A stretch of 64,000 nucleotides of DNA from a virus: the IMG/VR virus record IMGVR_UViG_3300027749_000098, positions 7,421 through 71,420 of that record. One strand, written 5' to 3'. Positions 28,301 through 38,600 of the stretch are shown here, piece after piece (within the stretch, counting starts at the first letter, position 1; each line of letters begins with the position of its first letter). Position numbers and translations under genes: made by a program. Below the pieces are notes generated by a model, which ran no database searches, was not told where the DNA came from, and saw only the letters and a list, made by a program, of their open reading frames with translations.

Positions 28301-30880
28301 ATTAAATGAGATTGTTCCTAATACTGGAACATTGCCTAATGTTATATTTTTATCATCAATAGATAAAGTATTTGTATTAAAGGTTGTAGTTGATCCATTT
28401 ACAACTAAATTTCCTGCAACTGTTACATCACTACCAAATGAAGTTGCATTGGAGAATTTAGTATTAATATATGAATATAAGAATGTATTTGCGCCATCTA
28501 ATTCATTTTGTGTTGTTATTTTATTAAATATTGATGGATTATCTACATCTCTTAGTTGCCATTGTTTTCCTGAATTATACCATCTTAATATTGCGTTAGC
28601 TGCTCCGCCGCCATTAGATCTATTTACAATAATATCTGTATTTGGTGAAGATGGGCTGCCTGTGCTATATAAGAAAATATATTCATTAGAGTCTGATATT
28701 GTGGAACCGTAGTTGGTAAATTTACCAAGAACATCTAAATTTTGTACGATAACCGTATTTGATGTTATTAATGGAATAAACGCAACAGTATTAGAATTTC
28801 CTGCAAATTTAACGAAAGTAGAATTAACGTATGTACGAGTATTTGCATCTAATGCTATAATACTTTGATTCGTATTGGCTAAATCAGTATAAATTGCTGT
28901 ATTAGCGGTATCTAAATCTTTTTGTGATATTATTGAATAAGTAAGTCCGTCATAATTTTTAATTTTTGCATTTGTGGTATTAAATAATATACTAGAATTT
29001 ACTCTTAATCCATCAGTAAATACATTAGAACTAGAAATTGTTTGATCAGATTTTATTGATCCATTAGCATTAATTCCCGAAGAATTGATGAAATTTACAG
29101 TATTACTAAATTGAATGTTTCCAGAAACAGCAGTTACTCCAGAAAGAGTTGTATTGCTGCTTGATAATGCTAATGCAGAAACGATATTATTATTAAATGT
29201 AGTTACACCAGAAACAACAGTTGTACCAGAAACAGCAGTATTTCCAGAAATGGTTGTAGTTCCAGAAAGATTTGTATTTCCGCTAGAATTTAAATTTACT
29301 GTTGATGATACGTTATTGCTAAACGCAGTTACGCCAGTTACAGTAGTTGTACCAGAAAGATTCGTATTTCCACTAGAATTTAGATTTACTGTTGATGATA
29401 CATTATTATTAAATGTAGTTGTTCCGGAAACAGTAGTCGCACCAGAAACAGTAGTTGTACCAGAAAGATTTGTATTTCCGCTAGAATTTAAATTTACTGT
29501 TGACGATACATTATTGTTAAACGCAGTTAAACCTGATACAGTAGTATTTCCAGTTACAGTGGTTGTACCAGAAACAGCAGTATTTCCAGAAATGGTTGTA
29601 GTTCCAGAAAGATTTGTATTTCCACTAGAATTTAAATTTACTGTTGATGATATGTTATTGTTAAACGCAGTTACGCCAGTTACAGTAGTCGCACCTGAAA
29701 CGCTTGTATTTCCAGAAATAGTAGTCGCACCAGAAATAGTAGTTGTTCCGGTTACAGTGGTTGTACCAGAAAGATTCGTATTTCCACTAGAATTTAGATT
29801 TACTGTTGATGATATGTTATTGTTAAACGCAGTTACGCCAGTTACAGTTGTATTCCCAGAAACAGTGGTTGTACCAGAAAGATTTGTATTTCCACTAGAG
29901 TTTAAATTTGCTGTTGACGATACATTATTATTAAACGCAGTTAAACCTAATACAGTTGTATTTCCAGAAACGGTTGTATTTCCGCTTATAGAATTATTTC
30001 CGGAAATATTTGTAATTCCAGATAAACTAGTTTTTCCAATAGAGGAAGTATTTCCGGTAAATAATGTATCTCCAGAAACGGTTGTATTTCCGCTTATAGA
30101 ATTATTTCCAGAAATATTTGTAATTCCAGAAATAACCATGTTTCCAGATAAACTAGTTTTTCCTATAGAAGAAGTATTTCCAGTAAATAATGTATCCCCT
30201 AAAACAGTTGTATTTCCTGTAGATTTTATAATACCAGATAATTCAGTTCTATTTGTAGAGTATAAATTACCATTAACTGTTGCGTTACCATTAATTAATG
30301 TTTGTCCAGTAATGTAATTAGTACCAGAAATAGTAGTTTCGCCCGCAAGAGTAGTATTACCGGAAAAAACTGATTTACCAGTTTCAAATAAATCGCCAGT
30401 AAATATAACAGGACCATTTACAACTTCAACTTTACCTGTAAATGAAGTATTACCGATTACTGTTGTATTTCCGGTAATAGAAACATTACTACGCAAATCC
30501 GTAGAATTTAATACTGTAAGTTTGGTATTTACTGTCGCAAGAGAAGTAAATAAATTAGCAGAAGAAATAGTTGTATTACATCTGATTGCTCCTGCAGTCA
30601 AAATACTTGTATTTCCTGCATTTACTACCATTGTATTATACAAATACGATGGGCTGCGAACCTCAAAAAACGTTCCGGTTGGACCAGATATTGATACATT
30701 TCCACCAAATACCGCAGAATTACTTACATATAAGCCGGTATTTGGAGAATTTAAATATATCGTCCCGCTATTTTTATAGAAATCTTCATAAAGAAGATTA
30801 TTTATGCTACTCGCCATTTGATTTGTTGTTATCATCCAATGGGAGAATGTATTTGAATATGTAATCTGAGATATCGCCAC
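25364..30880 (-). CDS. Long repetitive tail fibre/virion structural protein
   Basis: 1838 aa, S/T/G/N-rich; beta-helix-like repeats, DETG.G.LVFA and LPVGNGGTG fibre motifs; late promoter upstream. Confidence 0.85.
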   Translation of the reverse strand: MAISQITYSNTFSHWMITTNQMASSINNLLYEDFYKNSGTIYLNSPNTGLYVSNSAVFGGNVSISGPTGTFFEVRSPSYLYNTMVVNAGNTSILTAGAIRCNTTISSANLFTSLATVNTKLTVLNSTDLRSNVSITGNTTVIGNTSFTGKVEVVNGPVIFTGDLFETGKSVFSGNTTLAGETTISGTNYITGQTLINGNATVNGNLYSTNRTELSGIIKSTGNTTVLGDTLFTGNTSSIGKTSLSGNMVISGITNISGNNSISGNTTVSGDTLFTGNTSSIGKTSLSGITNISGNNSISGNTTVSGNTTVLGLTAFNNNVSSTANLNSSGNTNLSGTTTVSGNTTVTGVTAFNNNISSTVNLNSSGNTNLSGTTTVTGTTTISGATTISGNTSVSGATTVTGVTAFNNNISSTVNLNSSGNTNLSGTTTISGNTAVSGTTTVTGNTTVSGLTAFNNNVSSTVNLNSSGNTNLSGTTTVSGATTVSGTTTFNNNVSSTVNLNSSGNTNLSGTTTVTGVTAFSNNVSSTVNLNSSGNTNLSGTTTISGNTAVSGTTVVSGVTTFNNNIVSALALSSSNTTLSGVTAVSGNIQFSNTVNFINSSGINANGSIKSDQTISSSNVFTDGLRVNSSILFNTTNAKIKNYDGLTYSIISQKDLDTANTAIYTDLANTNQSIIALDANTRTYVNSTFVKFAGNSNTVAFIPLITSNTVIVQNLDVLGKFTNYGSTISDSNEYIFLYSTGSPSSPNTDIIVNRSNGGGAANAILRWYNSGKQWQLRDVDNPSIFNKITTQNELDGANTFLYSYINTKFSNATSFGSDVTVAGNLVVNGSTTTFNTNTLSIDDKNITLGNVPVLGTISFNALGTSNSVVTVSGTTTTSMIPGMSVSKSTGTGTPGVGAIILSIDSPTQLTLSVNNLGAGQFTGSVGAATDFTANGGGITVKSTTGTGDKTFNWYNATGAWTSSENLALATGKTILLNGSASGTTTVQPSAIAGGTLTLSANTGALISTGDTGTVTNAMLAGSISNSKLAGSITSDKLSNNTVTIGSSILSLGSVYTTLANVSSISYLGSTSGNTILQASSNASGTLTLSANTGALISTGDTGTVTNAMLAGSISNAKLANTSVTIGTTNIALGSSNTTIRGIVNLGLANNINSANGVTLQVTETGGTNIIVFPNQSGTAVVTGSVGTVSANMIANTTISNIHISDTASIATNKLAANTISGVYLGSNLNALSNGAGLIWSTGTNYTGGSAATIAVDSTVARNTSNLGYFASTTSSQLAGVISDETGTGSLVFANSPLLITPNIGAATGTSLSLSGDLIVSSNLIVNGTTTTINSNEVNVDDKNFTLGSVVAIANTQMTAISTSSGVLTVSSSSGMIPGMLISKLSGTGSPGPSAVILSVDSPTQITADINNALVGAFFGSVGGATDNTASGGGITIKGSTDKTFTWYNITGAWTSSENLALATGKTILLNGSTSGTTTIKPSAIAGGTLTFSANTGALISTGDTGVITSSMMSAGAIGAASIANNSITTQLIANNAITAQTIANNAITTQAIANNAITTQAIANNAITTQAIANGSITVTKLAANTISGITLGNNLNALSNGTGLLWSTGTNYIGGSAATIAVDSTVARTTGTLAQFNQSTSSDLAGIISDETGTGKLVFATNPTLVGAYIGSPYQGHLANCTNLPLSTGVTGTLPVGNGGTGSTSTTYCSLTTNVTGTLPVGNGGTGSTSTTYCSLTTNVTGTLPVGNGGTGSTSTTYCSLTTNVTGTLPVGNGGTGATTLTANNVILGNGTSTLQTVAPGTTGNILTSNNGTWVSAAPAPTFTGGKAIALAMVMGF
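25548..25810. repeat. 75-bp coding tandem repeat, about 3.5 copies
   Basis: Encodes GTLPVGNGGTGSTSTTYCSLTTNVT. Confidence 0.9.
26160..26320. repeat. 30-bp coding tandem repeat, about 5 copies
   Basis: Encodes IANNAITTQA. Confidence 0.85.
29150..30210. repeat. Degenerate coding repeats in the fibre gene
   Basis: About 6 copies of FNNN(V/I)SSTVNLNSSGNTNLSGTTT plus 2 copies of GDTLFTGNTSSIGKTSLSG. Confidence 0.85.
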
Positions 30881-30914
30881 TTGTAATTCCCTTTAGGTAA
30901 AAATTTTACAACTA

Positions 30915-30922
30915 TATTTATA
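30915..30922 (-). promoter_or_regulatory. Late promoter TATAAATA (fibre gene)
   Basis: Exact consensus. Confidence 0.75.
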
Positions 30923-30924
30923 AA

Positions 30925-31158
30925 TCATTTAGAATTTATAAATTGTAGTAAAATATCTTTAATATCTTTAATGTCTGATTTTAATTCTTTTATTTCGGTT
31001 TTAACATTATTAAGATCGGTTTCCATAGTATTTATTAACATATTTTTTCTTCTATTTGCTTTATACTCTTCCAACGCGAATTTATCTGAATTTAATACAG
31101 CTTTTGAGGCTGGATCTTTAACCCAGCCTGGAGCATCTTTAATTTTTATTGTATCCAT
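30925..31158 (-). CDS. Small coiled-coil protein after the VrlC-like genes
   Basis: KDPASKAVLN...DLNNVKTEIKELKSDIKDIK. Confidence 0.7.
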   Translation of the reverse strand: MDTIKIKDAPGWVKDPASKAVLNSDKFALEEYKANRRKNMLINTMETDLNNVKTEIKELKSDIKDIKDILLQFINSK

Positions 31159-32645
31159 TATACTGTTGCAATAACTCTTAAATTTTTAATAAGTGGGACT
31201 CTGGATGGTTCATCTGAATAAAATACAACTTTAATTGCTAACTGGTTAAATGAATTATAATTTACGCCATTAGCTCCAACATATTCAATATTTAATTGTT
31301 CGTACGATTCTTCCGCGTAATCTACTGATATTAAAGCTGGAACTGCGTTTGATTTTTTTGGTAATCTATACCATGGAGAATCTTTAAATTCTATACTATA
31401 ATCATATCTATTTAATATTCTATAAAAAATTTCAATATTTGTTCCGCTTGGTTTGTTTACATCAATATATACTGATATTCCATTAGCATCAAATTCATCA
31501 TTTAGTGTGATTGCTTTTGTTGCGTATTTTGCATGAGCAGTACCTTCTGTTGCGGACAATTCAGAATTTGATATAGCTATATCATACGGATCAATCAAAT
31601 TCTTAGTTAAGCAAATACCAGTTGCATTTAAATCTACTATAGGGGTTAAATTTGAATCTGTATTTGTTAGGGTTATCGTAAATGGTAATGTTTCTGTATT
31701 AGTTAATCTAGAATGCGTTTGTAGATTTACATTACTATTTGGTAGAATTGATAATGTTGAAGGGTTTTCAGTGTAAAAATCATTAACTGTAGTTGTGCAA
31801 CTACTAATATACGCAACATTACTAACTTCCATTGTCGATGTAGTTAAATTTATCAAATCATAATCGAATCTTTTTGGTTTAGTTGTTGGTTCATTATCAA
31901 TAGTATTAAGATATAAATTTTTAGAACCTAATTCAAATACAGCTTGGTATATTATAAAACATAAATCTTTATTTGGATCAATTACCCACGATTCGCCTTG
32001 CCCAGAATATATATAATCACCCAAATATGGATTAGTTACAATAGTTCCTGAATCAATATTACCCGCTCCGTTTTCTGCAATAAAAACAGTATGGTTAGAT
32101 GAATTTGTTTTTAATGTAAAACAATAGTATCCAGGAGAAAGATATACTGGAAATTTAAATTTAAAATCGCATTTTGATACTTGATCAGTGGCATCTACTG
32201 ATGCTTTCCATTTATAGTTGATCGCGAAGTTAGAAGTAAATGTTGCTTTCCCTAATGGCAACACATCTCCTGGGTATCCATTTACTAATGGGCGTAATTC
32301 TAAAGTTATTGGAGAATCTGCGCCAAGATTCTCCATAAATACAGAAATTGATGACACAAACATACCTTTTTTATAATCATCTTTACTAATTAAAAATGTT
32401 TGGCCGACGTAATCGTTAACTTTAGATTTTGATTGCGATTTATCATGATCAACAGAATATACTAAATCGAATTCTCTATCAAATACAGATAACTCCCAAT
32501 TAGAATTAATTATTTGTTCTGCCCAAAATTCCACTTCTTCGTTATAATATTTTTTTTCCCCTGCTATTTTTCTTTTTTTTATATATGTCGAAGTATTGAA
32601 TTTTTTATCAACATACGCTGTAACTTCTGATTTATTTAATGCCAT
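31158..32645 (-). CDS. Structural protein resembling the C-terminal region of VrlC/DUF4815 proteins
   Basis: GQTFLI...GMFVSSISVF...ITLELRPLVNGYPG...FKFPVYL...FNQLAIKVV...PLIKNLRVIAT. Confidence 0.7.
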   Translation of the reverse strand: MALNKSEVTAYVDKKFNTSTYIKKRKIAGEKKYYNEEVEFWAEQIINSNWELSVFDREFDLVYSVDHDKSQSKSKVNDYVGQTFLISKDDYKKGMFVSSISVFMENLGADSPITLELRPLVNGYPGDVLPLGKATFTSNFAINYKWKASVDATDQVSKCDFKFKFPVYLSPGYYCFTLKTNSSNHTVFIAENGAGNIDSGTIVTNPYLGDYIYSGQGESWVIDPNKDLCFIIYQAVFELGSKNLYLNTIDNEPTTKPKRFDYDLINLTTSTMEVSNVAYISSCTTTVNDFYTENPSTLSILPNSNVNLQTHSRLTNTETLPFTITLTNTDSNLTPIVDLNATGICLTKNLIDPYDIAISNSELSATEGTAHAKYATKAITLNDEFDANGISVYIDVNKPSGTNIEIFYRILNRYDYSIEFKDSPWYRLPKKSNAVPALISVDYAEESYEQLNIEYVGANGVNYNSFNQLAIKVVFYSDEPSRVPLIKNLRVIATV

Positions 32646-32654
32646 AAAAAACCC

Positions 32655-35600
32655 TTATTTTAAATATGTAAACGAATTTAGGATATCAGTATAACGATCG
32701 AGTTGCGCTTGTTCTTGCCCAATTGTTAGGTATGTTGGCGAACCATAAACAGGATCTTTACTTTTCATAGTATTAATGAATTTAGTTAAATCGTCAACAA
32801 CTTTTTGGTACACCTCAATATTATACGCATTCATTAATGCATCTGCTCCAGTATCCCCAGAGAATACATAATCAGGGGGAGTTGGGTAACTATCCGTTAA
32901 TACTTTATGAACTGCTTGTAAAGTTAACGCATCTCTATTATATGGGACTTCTTGTTTTGTACTAGACGATGAATAGGTAAATGGATCATTACCTATCACA
33001 TCGTAATTATCATTTCTATATGTAGTTGATGTTGTTGACGAATAAATACTTTCATTAACAGCAATTGATGCTGAATCCATATTAAAATAAAATCCATTTA
33101 CTTTAACTAAAACTTCTACGTCCATACGAGGGCCAACGCCACCATTAGCGCCTTCGCCAGCTTTCTTTTTGGTATTTTCTGAAATTATAATTCCATATCT
33201 TATTCTTGTTTGGCCTCCTTCCGTATAAGTTTTATTAAAATTTCCACCTAAAACTGTTGCAGATACAGCTGGATCGATTGTTCCTTTTCCTCCCCAATTT
33301 AACTGAGTGTTAACGTTTTTAGCGCTCAGTACCGATACGTTAAAATGATTCATGCTACAAATTGTGGTTGAATCTTTTGGACCTAAATAACCGTAAAGTT
33401 CAGCTACAGCTGGTAAATATCCTGGACTATCATTATTAGTCCCATGATGATAACAACGAAGAGATGCAGTTATTTTTAACACAACATAAGAGCTAGCAGC
33501 TTCTACAATTGTTACAGTATGAACTGGATCAGTTCCGGTTTTATCTGAATAATCTATCCACCCTTCAGTTGCATTAACGTTTGCGCCATAACTAGTTACA
33601 GAAGGAGTGAATGTAGCTCCACTATTAATAAGCGCGTCATATGATTTAGAATATGTAGTAATTGCAAATACTTTAGTAGTCCATTTATATTTATCATTAA
33701 TTAATGGAATCTTACCGTTTGCGGTAAAAGTAGTAGATAAATCTGCAGCTGCTGACCAAACAGCATTATATGAAACTCCTTGCGTATCAGATCCGGATAA
33801 AGGAGCTCCTGCCATTGTTATTTTCTGAGCTTCTAAATAGTTGCTAGCAGTAAAACTGACACTAGATAATCCGGATATTGTTCCTCCAGTTTCAGTATTA
33901 TCTGAAGACATTGTTACTTTGATAGTATCTCCAGCTTTCGGAGCTCCATTTAATGTTATGTTAAAAATAACATTTTTAACTCCATTAAAATTATTTTGTG
34001 TATGATTTGTTCCTGCATAAGATACTGTTACTTCGGGATATACATATGCAGCTGGAGGCGGCGCGACTGCATCGCTTTTTGATGTATCAAAAAGTTTAAT
34101 AAGAGGACTAATTTGAGAGTTAAGATATGGTCCTCCTTCAAGTAGGCTTGTTATAATTTTAAAGGTGCTATAATAAGGCGCACTCGATTTATCAGTATTA
34201 TGATTTTCTATAGCAGTAAATTTAATTGGTTCTACATTTCTTCCATCAGATCCAATAGTAAAACTGCCATTAACTGCATTTGAAAAACGAGATTCAGATG
34301 TAGATGCCATACTTTGATATCTATAATACATCTTAGTTCCGGTGGTTATAAGAGTTGTTTGAACGTAAAATGAAACTGACTGGCCTTCATTTATCTGATC
34401 TACATCTGAAGTAACTACGAAAGTTGGTACTGAAACCGATGGAGTTCTAGATGAATCGGTTACTGTATCGTCGCACGTTATTAGTGGATTTCCAGAAGCG
34501 CCACTATTATCATATATTGAAATCCTAAATAATTCATTTCCTTCTGTCAATGAATCTGCAATAGCGGTAATAGTAAAAGTTCCTTTATTACTGCTATTGA
34601 TTACAATTGGACCTGTAGTGCTAATAAAATCTGCGCTTGATGTTGCTGGAGATCCTCTTCCGGTAATAACCCAATATAACGTTTTTCCGCTAGCATTGGA
34701 AGTTTCAATAGTATATTCTACAGCAATACCATCTTCATTAACTGCATTTCCTCTTAATGTTTGATAAATGAAATTAACAGATACTGGTTTTGGAGCTGGT
34801 GGATCTGGAGGAGGAGCTGGAGCCGTTGTTCCTTTATCTGTATTTTTCATAGGAACTATAGTTGATATGCTATTAAATTGTGTATCAGCAGAAGAACCGG
34901 TTAATGTTACATTATAATCAACTGTAGCTTGATGATATAATACTGGATCCGTTGTTCCTCTTACGGTAACGGTTTTCATATGATTCCAAGTATTTGGAGT
35001 AAATAATAATGAAGTACCAATAACAGAAGTTAACCCATTATCGGAAACTTTATAAATTTCACCGCCGCCAGCTGTTTTGCTCGAAGTTATAGCTACAGTA
35101 ACGTTATTTGCAGGAGCTTTACTTAAAGATACACCAATAATTTGCATCGTTCCTTCTGAAGTGGTTGTTCTTGGAGAATTAAGAACAACGCCAGTGCTTG
35201 CTTTTATTTCTGCATTAGGATGAACAACAATTTCTGGATCAGGAAATAATAATGCAGGACCAACTACAACCGGAATTGATGTAGATGATATAGACCAATT
35301 AGGATTAGAAGCTGATGCAGTGGTTACGGTAACGGTAGTCGATCCTTGCGCAACGCCATATATCCAATATTTAAATTGCAGCAATTGCTGATCAGATTTA
35401 TTGATTACACGAGTTTTTCCGGAAAATTGATCAGAATATTCATAATCTTCGTATGTTGAGTGAGATATTACTGCACAATTTGTATTTGCAACTGTAGCAG
35501 TAAATGTTAATGGATATGTAGTAGTGGAATCTGTCCACCAGCCAATTTCATGACCGCCGCCGTAATTAACAGTAAAAAATGATTGTCCTCCGACATTTGA

Positions 35601-38600
35601 TGTTGTTATTGGAGAAACTGTTATAAATGGGCTTTGCTCTGCAGCAGGCCCAACTTTTGGGTCGTATTTTTTATATGGAACTAAATGTGTAGATGTAGTA
35701 GCTTTTATTGGAGTTTTTGATAACCAAGATCTCAATGGAATAGCTGTTCCACCATAATTATAACGTTCATCCGCAGAAGTTCCATAGAATTCAATATGAG
35801 TTGGTAGATTATTATCTCCTTTTTTTCCATCACTTAATATTGGTTGTTCGCCTAAATCATAAGTTATTGTAATATCTTGCGAAACATTATAATTTGCAGC
35901 TGTAAACGTTAGTGTAGTTTTATTTGCTGATATTGAGGATCCACCTGAAATATCTTCTGATGCATTAAGCAACCAAGAAACAGTTACATCCGCTGTTGGT
36001 TGTATATTTAACCATACTGGAATTGTAATAGATTTCGATCTTATTGTTGTATATTCTTCAGAATAACTAAACACCATATAATCTGTACTTACCGGAACAA
36101 CAATCATAGGAGTTTGGTTTGGTAAAGATTGCGTTGTTATAGCGCCAGATTTAGAAAGATATGGTAATCTGATTGACTCAACAACAGTTTTGTAATATGA
36201 CGTTTTTGAATAAAACGTTGCATGTGAAACTGCTATTGCATTTTGTAAATCGTAATGCGGAGTATCGCATATTGTTATAACTAATTCACCAACATCAAAA
36301 CTTTCGAGAACTGAAGATTTATTCGGTAATCGTAATATTCCAGAACATTGACCAGCTTTATTTGAATATAGGTTTGTTGCTTTAATTGGTACTGTCGATG
36401 CACTAATACTTGCAGCATTAGCATGCGTTCCAGTTACCACGACATTAAGTTGTTCGCCTAATGGATAACCTATTCCATGATTAGATAAAGTGGCAGTATC
36501 AATAACTCCACCAACTACAGATAAATTTAAAACTGCGGCTGTAGCTGCTGCAGTTGTTATGCTTGCAGTTACGCTACCTGATGTATAGCCTGCACCTGGA
36601 TCTAATATTTTAACTGACGTAACCACTCCCATTGGATTTTCATCTGGAGTTACATAAGCATTAACTAAACGCGCATTAACATATATAAACATACGCGATA
36701 ATGGAGCTAACCCGTGAGCGTTAAATTTAATTTCAACCGATCTAGTTTTTGGTGTAATACTTGTAGCTAATACTGCTACTTCTGTACTTTTTGTTATTTG
36801 TCTACCAGTTGTTACTTTATAATTTACGTTATTGTAATTAACTGTAACTCCTGGATTTGCAGTTTCCTGTACATCATATGGATGTGTTGCATAGATTGAA
36901 TTCCATGAATCGTATAATAATCCAGGAATTTCAGATGCATTCATAAGAGCAGCTGTATTTTCATCTATATTTTCAACTGTTTCACCAATTTGTTCAGTCC
37001 ACACAGATCTTTGTGGGTCTAAATATAGATCTCCTTGATATGATATACAATCAAATTGATTTATTTTAACATGACCAGTTGCTTGATTCTGTGTTATAAT
37101 AGGCAATTCAGTATAATTAAAAGAAATTAAATTATCTTTATTAATTAAAGAAGATTCCCCAACATCAAATGACCCTGTAACAGTGTAATTTCTTGATATA
37201 AATGATGGGCGAGCAACATTATTTTCTAAATCTAAAGAAATATTTTTATTATTTTCGCCTAAATCTAACACATTAAAATTAGTAAACGAATCAACAATAA
37301 ATCCATTTTTTAATCTAGTTCCAAATTCATCTATAATATTTGTACTTAATGCCGCTTTTTCTACCAAATTTAACGAAGTATAATATTCAACGTTTTGTAA
37401 TCTAGTATCTAAATCTCCAATATCGTCCATTGTATATCTGCGATGTTTTGAATATTTAATCTTTATAGATTGTAAATCAGCAGAATACGGATCGAATTGA
37501 ATTGTTGCAATTGTCATTGCATCAACTAAATCTTTTGGAGGAATATAATTTTTATATGACGATACTCCATTTAACCAAGATAACTTTCTATCTTTAGTTA
37601 AAATTAATTTGTCTATTCTACCGAGATAATATGACATAGAATATATCATATTTGTATTTGTCGTTGATGATGGTATTTTATAGGTATCAAATATAAAAGT
37701 ATCTGGATTACTTAAATCTTTTCTACGAGGTCTAAAATCAATATAATCTTTTAATGAATATATTGTATTATTAATAGTTTCTATTGGTATTTTATTATAT
37801 GTAACAGGATACGAATCGAATGCAATATATTCTCCGTTTGTTGAGTGTGAGTAATAATCAAATATAACAAAAACTATTCCTGCTGCTGCTGGTGTTCTTG
37901 CAGTTACAGTACCAAAATCGTACATGTATTCAGTTTGGCCATTATTTAATTTATATTGTGTAGTTACATCTTGTAGCAAATTCCAATTTTCTCCAGATGG
38001 ATCTGGAATATTTGCCAAATTTACTACTTTAGATGACGAAAATAATCTATTTCCATATTTAACTACTGAATTATTACCATATGTTACGGAAGAACTCCAT
38101 TCTCCATCGTATGTTACAGAAGGATTTGTAGTTTTAAAAACGCCACTAAATTGAGTAATATCGGAATACCCGATACCAGTTGGATATGTAGAAGTTGTTA
38201 CTTTTGCTACTTGCCCTTTATGTAAAGTTTTGGTTTTCTTTTCAGCTTGCGTATATACTAATGAATATTTAACATCAATTTGACCTGTATATCCATTATT
38301 AAATGTAAATACAGCTTGATTATTATTAGTTACTTGTTTTATTTCAATAGTAACATCAGCTAAATCGACAACTTGTCCAATTTTATATGGACCGCTTTCA
38401 TTTTTAGTTATAACTATAAAATTTTGGTTTTTGTCTTCGGTCGGTAATGACGCGGAAAGACCTGTTGGAAATTGATTTTTTATTGCACCAGAAGAAATAG
38501 TTGCATTATTTGACGAAACTGTTGTTGTAGTAAATAAGTCTAGCGTTGTACGAATACTATTAATTTCAGAAACGTTTGGATATGCCAATTTAAATAATAA

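Noticed and set aside
29115-30317. 400-aa plus-strand ORF (also 26247-27149, 27279-27686 and similar)
   Set aside because: Antisense shadows of the repetitive S/T/G/N fibre gene, with no RBS or recognisable motifs
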